A DNA stretch of 63,552 nt, the filler included, from Octopus bimaculoides (taxonomy: Eukaryota), in the NCBI RefSeq assembly GCF_001194135.2. It is 10 parts of 10 records of this genome, joined end to end, with 100 filler letters (N's around TTAATTAATTAA, not from the genome) between each part and the next. Parts side by side here need not be neighbours in the genome. Positions count along the whole stretch, not along the records: positions 1 to 18,042 come from NC_068985.1; 9 more parts are not named here. One strand, given 5' to 3'. Below the pieces are notes generated by a model that was not told the DNA's origin, searched no databases, and saw nothing but the letters and a program-made list of their open reading frames with translations. How positions within the stretch are numbered: position 1 is the first letter of the stretch; every line of letters begins with the position of its first letter. A program made the position numbers and the translations under genes. Below, in pieces: positions 1 through 13,409 of this stretch.

Positions 1-34
<34 letters not shown>

Positions 35-360
35 GAAAAATAACCTACTCGATACAAAAGTGCATCTCTTGTATGATGACCTTGCATAAGGGATAAAATA
101 GTGCTTTTGTAGTAAGCAATGATTATTTACAAACTATGTTTACCTATACATATATACATAGATGTATGTAAACATATATACGAATGTGTACATATAAATA
201 TATATTCTACATCCTACCTTCAAGGCTATGAGTTTTTAGTCGGCCTTTGCTTCTTGTCAATAAACAAGTTAATCAATATATATATACATACATATATACA
301 TACATACATGTGTGTATGTGTGTATGCGTGTATGTGTTTATATATATATATATATATATA

Positions 361-393
<33 letters not shown>

Positions 394-1167
394 CATACAT
401 ACATATATATATATATTAACACACACACACAATTATATATATNNNNNNNNNNNNNNNNNNNNNNNNNNNNNNNNNNNNNNNNNNNNNNNNNNNNNNNNNN
501 NNNNNNNNNNNNNNNNNNNNNNNNNNNNNNNNNNNNNNNNNNNNNNNNNNNNNNNNNNNNNNNNNNNNNNNNNNNNNNNNNNNNNNNNNNNNNNNNNNNN
601 NNNNNNNNNNNNNNNNNNNNNNNNNNNNNNNNNNNNNNNNNNNNNNNNNNNNNNNNNNNNNNNNNNNNNNNNNNNNNNNNNNNNNNNNNNNNNNNNNNNN
701 NNNNNNNNNNNNNNNNNNNNNNNNNNNNNNNNNNNNNNNNNNNNNNNNNNNNNNNNNNNNNNNNNNNNNNNNNNNNNNNNNNNNNNNNNNNNNNNNNNNN
801 NNNNNNNNNNNNNNNNNNNNNNNNNNNNNNNNNNNNNNNNNNNNNNNNNNNNNNNNNNNNNNNNNNNNNNNNNNNNNNNNNNNNNNNNNNNNNNNNNNNN
901 NNNNNNNNNATATATATATATATATATATGCATTCGTACATTTATACATAGATGCATACAAATACATACCAACGTACAAACTTTCAGAAATATACAAACG
1001 TACAATATGTTACTGTGTGGTTTATATACGTGCATACAAATAATATTAAGCTTATACATATATTTATATTATATATTTATATATACTACATACGTTGCAT
1101 ACATACATATATGCATGTGTGCGTATATGTGTATGCATGTATGTATATACAGACATACACACACATA

Positions 1168-1216
<49 letters not shown>

Positions 1217-1982
1217 AATATATATATACATAGATCTGCGTGTGCGACTGTATTTTTGTATATAAGTGTAGCTTTATAGAGAGAGACAGATATATTCATG
1301 CATGTATGTATATGTGAGTGTGCGTGCGTGTGTATGCTCATATAAAGAAATATGTTTGTGTGTGTTTAGGTAGATATAAGCCTTTAGACAACTGTTTTGA
1401 AAGGATGGATGCATTGTATGCGCGGATTATAAGTATTGATAATTAACGTTAGTAACAAATAAAGATGAGTTAGTTGAGCGTTCTGTCACACGTAGCACCA
1501 CTGACACCACCATCATCATCATCATCATCTTCATCATCATCACAACCGTGAACTTTAACTCTTCCACCTTCACCACCACCACACTAATGTTTATCATTAT
1601 CTTCACTCTAGCCATTCAGTTCATTATCATTATAGAGTTTGTAAAAGTAGGAAATGTTTACACAGTGATTTTGGAAAGGAGGTGGGATGTGTTTACGTTG
1701 AGAAGGAGCTTCGGGAATGGGATGTGCAAATTCTGTTTGGTGAGGAGATTCTTTGATAGTGAAGTGGGAACGAAGGACTTGGAATAAAGGGAGAAAAGAA
1801 AGAAAGAAAGATGCAGAAGGATACAGGACGGAAGTTATGTGGAAAGAGAGAAAGAGAGTTGAATGAATAGGAAGTTAGTTGGCAGAAGGAAGGCTTGAGA
1901 GAACGAAAGAACGAACGAGATGAATAAATATGTATGCAAAGAAATAAAGGAAAAAGTAAACACGTAGAGTGGGAGAGAAATA

Positions 1983-2048
<66 letters not shown>

Positions 2049-2661
2049 AATAAAGAAGAGAAAATTCATACAAGTAAAGCAGGAAATACGGACGGATGGA
2101 AAGAAGGAAAATAAGACACGAAGGAAGATTACGACAATGAAGAAAGAATAAAACGAATTGTTTAAAGAAGTGAGAGAAAAAGAAAGACAGAGTGAGAAAG
2201 AGAAAGAGAAAAAGTGAAAGAAAGAGCGAGAGAGTTGTAAAAGAATTGTTGGATAAATTTGTGACATAGCTGAACTTGGAAGCTGAATACTTCGTACGAG
2301 AATGCGATTGAATACAAGTATAGAACGGCGCGAAATCCACAGGAAAGAGCCGGTAGATGTCTACACTAGTATATTTATAACACGTGAGCATTTTTCTACG
2401 TGATTCTACTTAGTAACCACTTGCTTTCACGTTTTTCACTGTTGATTATTTACGTTTTATTGTTTTCGTTTATCATCATGCACTTTTTCTTGCTTTGAAC
2501 TTTTTTAATGTTTCCACTAGAATTTACCAACATACATACATGTGCATTTATACACTTGCATATTCATGTGCGTGTGTGTGCGTATATATATATTTATATA
2601 TATATATATATATANNNNNNNNNNNNNNNNNNNNNNNNNNNNNNNNNNNNNNNNNNNNNNN

Positions 2662-2697
<36 letters not shown>

Positions 2698-4137
2698 TGT
2701 GTGTTTGTGTGAGTGCGTGTGTGTGTGTGAGTGTGTGTGTGTGTGTAAATACATATGTGACATATATTGTTTATATATAGAGAGGGAAAGAGAGAGAGAT
2801 ACACACACACACACACACACACATACATGTACATATGTATGTTACACGCTCCTTTTGCTTATCGATGCTGTTTTATGTTCTCCGATATATTTTATTTCAT
2901 TGTTATTGTTTATATATTAATGATGTTGTTATTGTTGTTATTAATAAGTACTATTAAGAATCGTTAGAGTGTTGGAGTACATGCTTAGCGGTATTTCATT
3001 CGTATCTTTATGTTCAGAGTTCAAATTTCGCCGGGGTCAGTCTGTATTTCATCGTCGATAACATAAAGAAACACTATAGTACCGGGGTTATTGATATCGG
3101 CTAACTCTGTACTCTCAAAATCGCCCAGTGCCAAAATTTTACATTATAACCATTCGTTTAACAACATTTCGCCCTGTTTTGAGTTCTTTGTTCAACTTAC
3201 TCCATAGTCGATTTTCCCATTCGTGCTTTCGCTTTCGATAAAATGACTATAAGGTGAGCACTGGGGTCGATATAATCGATTATTTATTTGTTTTATTTTG
3301 CATTTTTCTTATTTCTAATGAGTATGACTGATAATCGTTACACTCTCCGCTGACAACAAAGCATCATGTAGATATTTACATGCAACTAGATTCCACTATT
3401 TTTTCAGGTTCTGAACATGTCAACTTGAATTATCTAAGTACTTCAGAATTTGTGAAAAACATAGTATATTTTTTTTTCTGATTATCATTCAGCCACAGCT
3501 TTGACTGAGCGGGCGAACCGTGACAATCCTGTAGATTGTTTTTCTTCGGGCAATTTTTTATTTATTGTGGGATACATTACGACTTCCTTTCTTTAACAAA
3601 AAAGGTTATGATTTTCGGAATAGGATGTTTTACTTATGCGCTCACCGACCGAATACTGTCTTACACTCAGTTTGGAGAAGCGAAAGTAATAACCTGGAAT
3701 CGATGTTTCTCAACTTTCTTTTACTTTTAGAAATTTGACCTCGTGACCTAGGCAACTTAATTGATATAACTAGCTAACTTTGTATCGATTCTTTACCACA
3801 AATCAACATATTAATTCTCTTTTTATTTGCTAAAATCTTTTGTATCGGTATATCGATGTCACTAGAGAGACGGAATCTTTTTTCTTTTATCTTTTACTTG
3901 CTCCAGGCATTTGATAGCGGCTATGCTGGAACACCACCTCAAAGGATTTTAGTCGAACAAATCAATACCAGGAATTTTTTAAAACCTAGTACTTATCCTA
4001 TGGGTCTCTTTAGCCGAACCACTAGATTACGGGAACATAAACATACCAACACTGGTTGTCAAGCGGTGGTGGGGAACAACAAGAGATACAAAGACACACA
4101 CACAGGTATATACATACATGTATTACTATCTATTTAT

Positions 4138-4177
<40 letters not shown>

Positions 4178-5111
4178 NNNNNNNNNNNNNNNNNNNNNNN
4201 NNTATATATACATATATACATACACATATATGATGCCCTTTTTTCACTGTCCGTCTGCGTGATCCACTCACAAGGCTTTGGTCGTTCCGAGGCGTAATAG
4301 GAGACACATATGTATATGTATATATTTATGTATATGTTTCTATATAAATGAATATGTATATATGTGTGTGTGTGTTTGTGTGTGTGTATGTGTATGTGTA
4401 TGTGTGTCATGCAGTGGGACTGAACCTGAAACCACGTGGTTGGCAAGCAAGCTTTTTACCACACAACCATGGGTCAGAAATAAAACTTGTAAGATATGAC
4501 TGTCTGCTACACCTTCGAAACCGGCTAAGAATTCTTATGATTTCCATAACAAGTTAACTATCCCTAGCATTCTTATAAGTTTGTCCTAAACACCCATGCT
4601 TGTTTGCAGACTTATAGTTAGCTTTTGTTTCATACATTCTGAGGAATATAAACCTTTCTTTTTATAAGTCGCATGTTACTCTAGTTCTTGATAAAATTAG
4701 CAATGTGCATCATATAAGATGCATGGACGCGAGGGATATATGTTCAAAGTATCACACGAGACACAGGGGATAACAAGAGATTTAACTGAGATAGGGCTGC
4801 AATTTCAGGTGCTAGGTGTTAACATTTATAACCGTTACATTCATAATATGTAGTATAGTGTGATATAAAAGTTAATAAACGAGAAACATGTGATATCACG
4901 TTGCCTAATGTATAGACCGGTTTTAAGTTTGCAAAATGGTGAAATAAATCCAGGAATAGCTGTGTGGTTAAGCATTTCCCTTTACAACCACGAAGTCTGG
5001 GGTCCAGTCTTGCTGTGCAGAACCTTGAGTAAGCGTCCTCTTTTTTAGACTTGGTCCGAACAATGCGTGAATTTAGTAAACGGAAACAGCGTTATATATG
5101 TGTATGTGTGT

Positions 5112-5145
<34 letters not shown>

Positions 5146-5568
5146 NNNNNNNNNNNNNNNNNNNNNNNNNNNNNNNNNNNNNNNNNNNNNNNNNNNNNNN
5201 NNNNNNNNNNNNNNNNNNNNNNNNNNNNNNNNNNNNNNNNNNNNNNNNNNNNNNNNNNNNNNNNNNNNNNNNNNNNNNNNNNNNNNNNNNNNNNNNNNNN
5301 NNNNNNNNNNNNNNNNNNNNNNNNNNNNNNNNNNNNNNNNNNNNNNNNNNNNNNNNNNNNNNNNNNNNNNNNNNNNNNNNNNNNNNNNNNNNNNNNNNNN
5401 NNNNNNNNNNNNNNNNNNNNNNNNNNNNNNNNNNNNNNNNNNNNNNNNNNNNNNNNNNNNNNNNNNNNNNNNNNNNNNNNNNNNNNNNNNNNNNNNNNNN
5501 NNNNNNNNNNNNNNNNNNNNNNNNNNNNNNNNNNNNNNNNNNNNNNNNNNNNNNNNNNNNNNNNNNNN

Positions 5569-5608
<40 letters not shown>

Positions 5609-6101
5609 ATGGACTTCTTTGATTTTCAGTCTACCAAGCACACTCAGAAGGATTCGGTTGGCCGGAGGTTATAATAGAAGACATTTGCCCAAAGTGTCAC
5701 GCAGTGGGACTAAACCCGAAACCATGTGGTTGGGAAGCAAGGTTCTTAGTATACAGCCACGCCAACGCCTTAAAAGTGGACTTTCCCAACACATTAATAG
5801 AAACCCATGTTTGAGTTACTCATAGGAATAATGTAAGGTTTTTAGAATGATTTTACCGGACCATTAGGATATGACTTCACATACCGGTAAGGATACAACG
5901 TACAAGCAACACGTGCGCACACGTACAAAACACGTGCGTGTTCACGCACATGCAGACGCAAACACACGTAAACACACAAAAACAGAAACACATAAATACT
6001 CGTATAAACAAAAGTGAGCAAACTTTATATAACTTTTGCTTGGTTCAACACACGTTAGTGAACTTTTCCTTATGCACGTATGTAAATAACAATAATTATA
6101 A

Positions 6102-6137
<36 letters not shown>

Positions 6138-6284
6138 TTGATTTTGGCCAGTACTTTGGTGGGAGGTGATTACATATTACATTTACCTCAATGATCAATT
6201 GGTATACCGATACCGACTGGATAACAGGCAAAGTCAACGTCAGAACGTACAGTCAGACGATATGCTGCTAACCATTTAGTTGCA

Positions 6285-6285
<1 letters not shown>

Positions 6286-6324
<39 letters not shown>

Positions 6325-6345
6325 TAATAATAATAATAATAATAA

Positions 6346-6376
<31 letters not shown>

Positions 6377-6459
6377 AAGAAGAAGAAGAAGAAGAAGAAG
6401 AAGAAGAAGAAGAAGAAGAAGAAGAAGAAGAAGAAGAAGAAGAAGAAGAAGAAGAAGAA
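6286..6459. repeat. Compound (AAT)n(AAG)n microsatellite
   Basis: Seen directly. Many other (AT)n, (GT)n, (AG)n, (AAG)n, (AAT)n and (CAT)n tracts occur, for example 1981-2047, 11191-11262, 27547-27603, 30040-30150 and 46260-46764. Confidence 0.95.
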
Positions 6460-9400
6460 TATCATTATTATTATTTCATTTATTAGCCTCTAGAGCCGAA
6501 ATATAGGGGACAATACAGTAGACATGGACAGTGGGGAGTTTACACAGAAACAACGAGTACACAAAGGAATAACTATGATATCCAAAAGATATCTATGATA
6601 TCCAAACTATGATATCCAAAAGAATATAACAATGAAAGTCCCCTAATAGTGAGGGAGGCAACCACATGGAGTTGGATCACGTACCCCACCAATCCTGAAC
6701 CACTCGACACTTCGAGGGCATATGGGAAGAGCACCTTCTCTCACTCAAATTCACTAGCCTACAAGCGCATCATTAGAGTAGGTTCACTCACATGTGCCAT
6801 TTTCGCCACATTCACCCACCTTTTAGAAAACGTACTGGGAGGCAGTACGTTTCTCTTCACCCTCATCTTCCTTTCCAGTTGAAATTTGAAAAAGTTGATG
6901 AGTGATTGGCCGAAGAGAAAAGTGCCTTTCAACTTGGTCCACCATACAACCTCTTTCGCTACTACTGTCAGACAGAGGAAATTGCCTGCCCTTCCAGACC
7001 GATGGAAAGCGGCGGATCGATCTTCACTAAGGACTTGCTCGATAGCCGGATCCATCCTACACGTAATAATATCTATTCAACATAACTCCACAAATCAGTA
7101 ATGCAAGGACACTGGACGAGTGCGTGTAGAACGGTTCGTTCGCACTGCGCGCATCTTGGGTAGGTCCGTCTGACAGCATTTCTGTGCCTGTAGATTTTAT
7201 CTCGAACCGCAGTGCCCCCTGGTAGCACTGCCATGCAAGGGATTTCTGGAAGTTAGCCATCGTCCTCAGCTTGAAAATCCTCCTCAACAGACTGGTTAAT
7301 TCTATTTCGTCAACGTCTAGCGTCTCTTCAAGTGCATCATCGCTCTTTCCTTCCACTAACCCTCTATAGGATTCAAGACTGGACGTTCCACTGATCGCAT
7401 TGCCCGCCTGGTAGAGGGCAGTGGGTGCCTGGCAACATTCTAGAAGCCAGTCAGCCTTCCTCGTTCTCTTCTTGATCCAGGACTGTAGCTCAGTCAAGGA
7501 GACGAGCTGTGGTAAAGCCTGTTTGACAAGCGGCAACCACACCTGTTCCCCGTTTAGGCAGAATATCTGAAGATACCGCAGTCTCAGCGCATGTTTGCGC
7601 ATCATTAGCCACGGCATGCCCAGCCCTCCGCGTAGAGGAATCGCTCAGCTCGTGTGGTTTTGTTACCACTCTGCGTCTCCGCCACGTGAGCCCATCGAAC
7701 AGCTTTGATCCCCACATTTCTTACAGCGCGCGCCTTAGCTATAACAATACAAACTTCATATGTCTCTTAGAAGGACTGGTCTGATACCATTCTCTCTGAT
7801 AGCACGTGAGTAGCAATGCCACTACAAATAGCCTCGTCTTGTTTAGCTACTAACCCCTCCAGTTTTCTATTTCTTACTAACGCTATTTCTTGATAAAACC
7901 TATCGACATTACTCTAATCTCTCTTTTGAGAGCCGCTACTGCCAGTTGTTGCCGACACCCCATGTCATCATCTGCTGAAGTAAACTGCTGACACGGTTCC
8001 GTCAAACCTTACGTGCCGCAAACGACATGTTCATCTTCCAGTAATCGGGCCCTAGCCTACGCGTCTTATCTAGGTCGTCCGTACAGATTACAAACTTATG
8101 GTCTGAATTGGTGACCGTTTTAAAAAGTGAACACCCTACACTGTTACTATCTATTTTTTTAAAATGAAAATCCTATCTCTGTACGATCTAAATGACCCTA
8201 AGTTAATCCAAGTCCATACTGGTACATTAGGGAAATCTCGTCGGTATTGTCAGACAGTTGGAACTGGCTGATCAGGTGCTTGAGGCTTTTGCACTCCATC
8301 TTCTATCAGCTACTCGCACACAATCCCAACGTTGATCTCAGATTGCATTCCAGTCCCCTACTAACAGTCAAGGTCGAGACGTACCTTGATAGGCTTCCAG
8401 ACGCCTAAAGAAATCTGTCCGTTTGCCTCCGGTAGGAGTGAAGACAGCCACCAGTCTACCGACACTACCCTCACTGTTGCTCACGTCCAGTACTACCAAG
8501 TGCCCGTCCGGGACCCAGAAGATCGACTTTACCTCGAGATCCAGTTCTCTCCTAAACATCATTGCCACTCCACCCCCGTTCCTTGCCGACTGACCGATAC
8601 AAAGATTTGATAGTCGTCGAACATGTAGGCCAGTGCGTGTGTATTGGAAATCCTGGTTTCACTGACAGCAATTATATCCAGTTCTAGAGACCTGAGGTTG
8701 TTGAGTAGGTCTCCCTGCTTCCAGGGTGGCCCTAGCCCTCGCACATTTAAAAATCCTACTCTTAGTATGGCAGTCTTGGCAGGCTAAAGAGAGAAAGGAA
8801 ATGGTTACTTACCTCCCGGCGTCTTGGGAAGGTTGGGTATTTCGACCACCATAGTTGTTGGTGTCTTTTTAAGGAACCTCTTTAAGAGCCTCGATGCGGG
8901 TCTCATGTTCAGGGTTCCCACGTCCTCCGGAAAGTTCCTTGTTGTCCCTTCTGATGAGTACGAAATTGTGTTTTGTGTTGTTTAATTTGTTTGTTTGACT
9001 GTATTGGTAGCAGCGTTAGTTCTGTTGTTTCTGTGCGTTCTGTGAGAGCCGTGTCTGCAGTTTTAGACGTTCATGTGAGTGTCTGTTCCTGTTTAGGTTG
9101 TTTACGTTTGAGGGATTCTGGTGATAGTGATCGTGCTGGTTGTGTTTGTGTTGGTGTTTTGGGGGAGATGTATGCATGGGTGGTGTTTGTACTTTTTTAT
9201 TGTGGGTGTTGCTATGCTTTGTGGAGTTTTTTGTGCTTTCTTTTTTCTTCTTCTTTGGCCCTTTCGGTTTCCTTTTATCTTTACTACTGGAAGGTGAATG
9301 GTCTGCTGATGTAAGTGTATCCGTGTCTGTGTGTATGTTTATAATCTTGTTTGTGTGTGTAATTTTGTTTGGTGTGAGGGGGTGGGAGATCTTTCCTTTT

Positions 9401-10495
9401 TCCCTCTAGGGTCGTTAATAGCTTTGGTGTTGTTGCTGGTGGTTTTGCCGCTGCTGGTGATGCTTGTGGTTCTCGTCCCGGCGAAGGCAGCAGTGGAGAC
9501 CGTAAGAGGCAGCAAGCAGCCAAATGATTCGTTTCTCCACATCTGAAACAATGAAGCCTTTTGCCCTCAGTCATGATATGTATCACCGTACCGTTCTAGA
9601 GATGAATGTGGATTGGGATTTTTTTAATGTTTTGGGGTCTGATCTGGAGATACTTCTCCCGATTAACCCCTGTCGAGTCCTCCCTAGCAGTTCCTGTAGT
9701 CTCTATAGGGACAGTGTCCGTCTCCTCCACGATTACGCATCTCGAATAACTAGTCCTGGTGGGATTTTAGTAATGTGGACACGGGATGTACGTTTCCCCA
9801 TTTGGGAGGGGTACATTATGACTTTGCTAGTTTTGCAGAGACACATTGAATGTTTCACAGTGAGGGATGCTGATATTAACAGCACCGAAATGGGGCCGTA
9901 TTGTTTGCCCCTCGCTATGTATTCGATGTCATTTCTTATGCACCCCAGCGCCGCTTCAATATCTACTTGGTCTATCAAAGCTGCTCTTTTTGCGTCTGCT
10001 GAGATGCATCTGAAAAGCACTGTTCTTCTCCACTGCTTCAATTGCATCTGATGGCAATATCAGATTTGCCCAATTGTTCTCTTGTTTAATTGGTTTCCAT
10101 GCCTCTGGAAGTATCTCCTCCCTATTTGTAAGGTCTACGGTATATCGATTTTGGGGCTTGCCTGCTGCTGCTGCAATATTATCTTTGATATTTTTATTTG
10201 TATTGTTTTCGATGTTGATTTTGCTGTTGTCGCTGTTGCTACTGCTACTGCTGCTGCCGTTGTTATCGTTCTTATCGATGTTCCTGGTAAGGGTTTTGTT
10301 GCTGTTGCTGCCGTTACTTTTGCTCCCGTTGTTGCTGTTATTTTTGTTGCTATCGCTACTATCAATGCTGTTGCTTTCTTTTTCGCGGTTGTTGCTGCTC
10401 TCACCACTACTACTACTGCGGCTGCTGCTAATGTCATTTCTACCCCTGTTAATGTTTCTGCTACTATTGTTGTTACTGTGCGTTGTACTTTGTAC
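6460..10495 (-). mobile_element. Decayed Tx1/L1-clade LINE: ORF1 with CCHC knuckle, APE endonuclease and C-terminal region, RT absent
   Basis: Minus-strand fragments: Thr/Ala-rich ORF1 start, LHCFRCGETNHLAACC, NVRGLGPPWKQGDLLNNLRSLELDIIAVSETR, LVGDWNA, YWKMN, post-RT GLGMPWLMMRKHALRLR and FQKSLAWQCYQGAL. The 3' UTR has AATAAA near 6480. Stops and frameshifts throughout. Confidence 0.8.
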
Positions 10496-10499
10496 CAAT

Positions 10500-10816
10500 G
10501 GAGGCGCAATGGCCCAGTGGTTAGGGCAGCGGACCCACGGTCGTAGGATCGCGGTTTCGATTCCTAGACCGGGCGTTGTGAGTGTTTATTGAGCGAAAAT
10601 ATCTAAAGCTTCTCGAAGCTCCGGCAGGAGGTGCTGGCGAACCCTGCTGTACTCTTTCACCACGAAATTCTCTCACTCTTTCTTCTTGTTTCTGTTGTAC
10701 CTGTATTTCAAAGGGCCAGCCTTGTCACACTCTGTGTCACTCTGAATCTCCCCAAGAATTACGTTAAGGGTACACTTGTCTGTGGAGTGCTCAGCCACTT
10801 GCGCGTTAATTTCACG
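10500..10816 (+). mobile_element. tRNA-derived SINE (family C), 3'-truncated
   Basis: Head GGAGGCGCAATGGCCCAGTGGTTAGGGCAGCGGAC...GGTTTCGATTCC with A/B-box-like motifs. A near-identical copy lies on the minus strand at 52358-52742. Confidence 0.8.
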
Positions 10817-11334
10817 CATGTCAGTTTTGTTTTTCTCCTCCCCCCTTCCCCTGTATTTTTTTCCGTAACAGAGAGAAGGGGAATGAAGTCTTCCTCTATT
10901 TCCATATTGGTAGGAGGGTTTGTGTTGTTTATCCTCAAATCTTTCAAGACGCGTTCCGCCATCTTGTTGAATGTATTGATTACATTAAATTTTAATGCCC
11001 ATCGAATTCATTTGGTGGGCCGAAAATCGCCCCTCTGGGGACTACACATCCATATAAAGCCAGTAATATGTTCCTGAAACTTACATGTAGCATTCGAAAT
11101 CGCGTCCGTTGTGTTCCNNNNNNNNNNNNNNNNNNNNNNNNNNNNNNNNNNNNNNNNNNNNNNNNNNNNNNNNNNNNNNNNNNNNNNNNNAGAAGAAGAA
11201 GAAGAAGAAGAAGAAGAAGAAGAAGAAGAAGAAGAAGAAGAAGAAGAAGAAGAAGAAGAAGAGGAGGAGGAGAATGAGGAAGAGGGGGAAGAGGAGGGTC
11301 AGGGGGATGGGAGGAGGAGGAGGTGGAGGAAGAA

Positions 11335-12160
11335 AAGACAAGATCAACACTTGAAACCGGCTAAGAAAATGTGATCTGAAAGGATGTACTTATGTATTGC
11401 TATGCAGCGCCCAGGAACAACCTCTGAGAACTATTTACCCCAAGTTTCAAATAGATACGAGTAGCGAATCGCCCCGTAATAGGATGTTTCGCAGCAGAAA
11501 TGAAACAATCTCACGTATTGTGTGTGAGTGTAGCAAGCTGACTCAAATACACTACAAAAGGTGGCACGATAACGTGGATAAATTCGTCCACTGAAGGCTG
11601 TGTGAAAAGTATGGCCTGAACAGAGCATGTAAATGGTACGTACGAACATGAACCAGAAGAAGAATAAGGAACATAAGCTACTTTGGAGACCAGATATTGT
11701 TGTGGTAGATAAGGGGAAAAAAGAAACCAAGATCATATATAGTGCAAAACCTGGAGATGTACGCATAAGTGACGAAGAACTGGAAAAGATTGAAAAATAC
11801 AGACTACTAAAAGTCGAAATTGCAAGAATGTGGACTATGAGGAGAGTGTATGTCATTCCAATAGTTGAGGGGCACTCGGAGCACTAACAACCAAGTTCGA
11901 GAAAAATGTCAGAGAAATCGGAATTGACATGAGAGCAGAGCAAGTCTCCAAACTTGTTCTGTTGGGTAAAGCTAGAATTTTGAGATTGGTACTTGGATGT
12001 TGAATGTCTCCCACGATAATTAATAATCAAGTATCAAGGCATATAATATGCGGAATGATACCTTATGAAACCTCTGACAGCAGGCTGCTGTCCGCTCTCA
12101 CACAATGTAGAAGAATAAACAAGACTGAACGTTCTGGGAAGAAAAGCGATAATAATAACT
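11335..12160 (+). mobile_element. 5'-truncated R4/Dong-like non-LTR retrotransposon (restriction-like endonuclease domain)
   Basis: CSAQEQPLRT, ETISRIVCECSKLTQIHYKRWHDNV, LLWRPDIVVVD, EKIEKYRLLKVEIARMW, VIPIV, ARILRLVL*. Ends in ATAATAATAAC. Confidence 0.75.
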
Positions 12161-13374
12161 GTCATAGACTGGAAATAAAAATTACAGATAAGGAAAAGCG
12201 AAATTGTTTTCCTGATCGACCCATCATGCTCATTTGATTCCAGGGTCGTAAAGAAAGAGGACGAAAAACAAAGAAATATAATCCTTTGAAATTTGAAATA
12301 GGAAGAATTCGGAGCATCAGGGGAGAGGAGAGAGAACACAAGATACGGTGTATACCGAAAGGTACCTTTTTTTTTTTTTTTGCTTCGGCTCAGATTCTGT
12401 TATGAACTGTATTTAGCTAGGCACAGAAGGAAAAACCAAAGCTGGCTTTAAATATTTTAGACGCTAGATAACATCCCTTGGTAATGTGAAAAATTTTGAC
12501 TGATCAAAGTTCTTACGAAGGTGAAATACATTCTCCACGCTTTCTGGAATATATTGCATGACAAAGATAACATTGTCATGGTTAAATATACCGGAGATCG
12601 TAGAAATTTATACATCTGCAACAAAATGATCGCAAAAGATGACATCACCTTACCGATCCATTCGTCAATATGTTTAACTGCGTGTTTAACAGAATTCTGT
12701 ACCCAGCAATGGTTATTATAAACTCAGTGTTCGGAAGCGGTTTAAACAACACCTCTCCTCCTCGGTTTACAGAATTGTGCTCGCAACTGTCCTGGAGTGG
12801 ACAATTCTGCCATATTACGATGCTGTTTGTCTGGCACATAATAATGACGTCATGGTTTGCCTATTGCGCAGTAAATTTATTCATTATTTTTTACAATTCC
12901 CTCCAGAGCCGAGACAGACATTGAATTCCACAGTCGGCAGGCTCAAGGGTAACACAGTGGAAATTTTCTATAAACTCCACAAATCTTTTTCTAATTCGAC
13001 TACATGCATATTAAATGTTGTGAAGGATCAAAATACTCTCTTTTGGCATCATTTCTATTTGTCTGTTGCCGCTTAATTCAAAACTTTATATGTTATATTT
13101 GATTCTCATGCATTTTAAACAATCGATTCATGGCCACTGCACTGGGAACATAATTTGAAATGTGTATTAAGTATGATATATGAGTTAACAATGCAGCTTA
13201 ATATGAGATATGCACGAAACATTGAAATATAATCTACAGTACGCGGAGAAGAGTGTGTGGAAATGTGTATGAGTGTATGTGTGTCCGTGTGCCTGTTTAT
13301 GCGTGTGTCTGTATATCTTTACACATAATTACAGAAGTACATTCATATTACACAGGCATATGTATGTGTACGTG

Positions 13375-13409
<35 letters not shown>

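Noticed and set aside
119-1341. Long ORFs rich in YI, CV, HT, SL, RE or X in the ORF track (here and throughout the window)
   Set aside because: These are translations of dinucleotide or trinucleotide repeats or N gaps, with no coding evidence.
8951-8966. CTGATGAGTACGAAA hammerhead-like core
   Set aside because: Stem II is only 1 bp, there is no stem III or stem I partner, and it is antisense within a LINE. Chance match.
10500-10570. tRNA-like sequences at SINE heads
   Set aside because: They have A/B boxes but no complete cloverleaf, and they continue into SINE bodies, so they are not tRNA genes.
12820-12924. Signal-peptide-like ORF MLFVWHIIMTSWFAYCA
   Set aside because: Short, with no convincing link to the EMI exons, and the implied intron to the 12907 acceptor would be only 36 nt.
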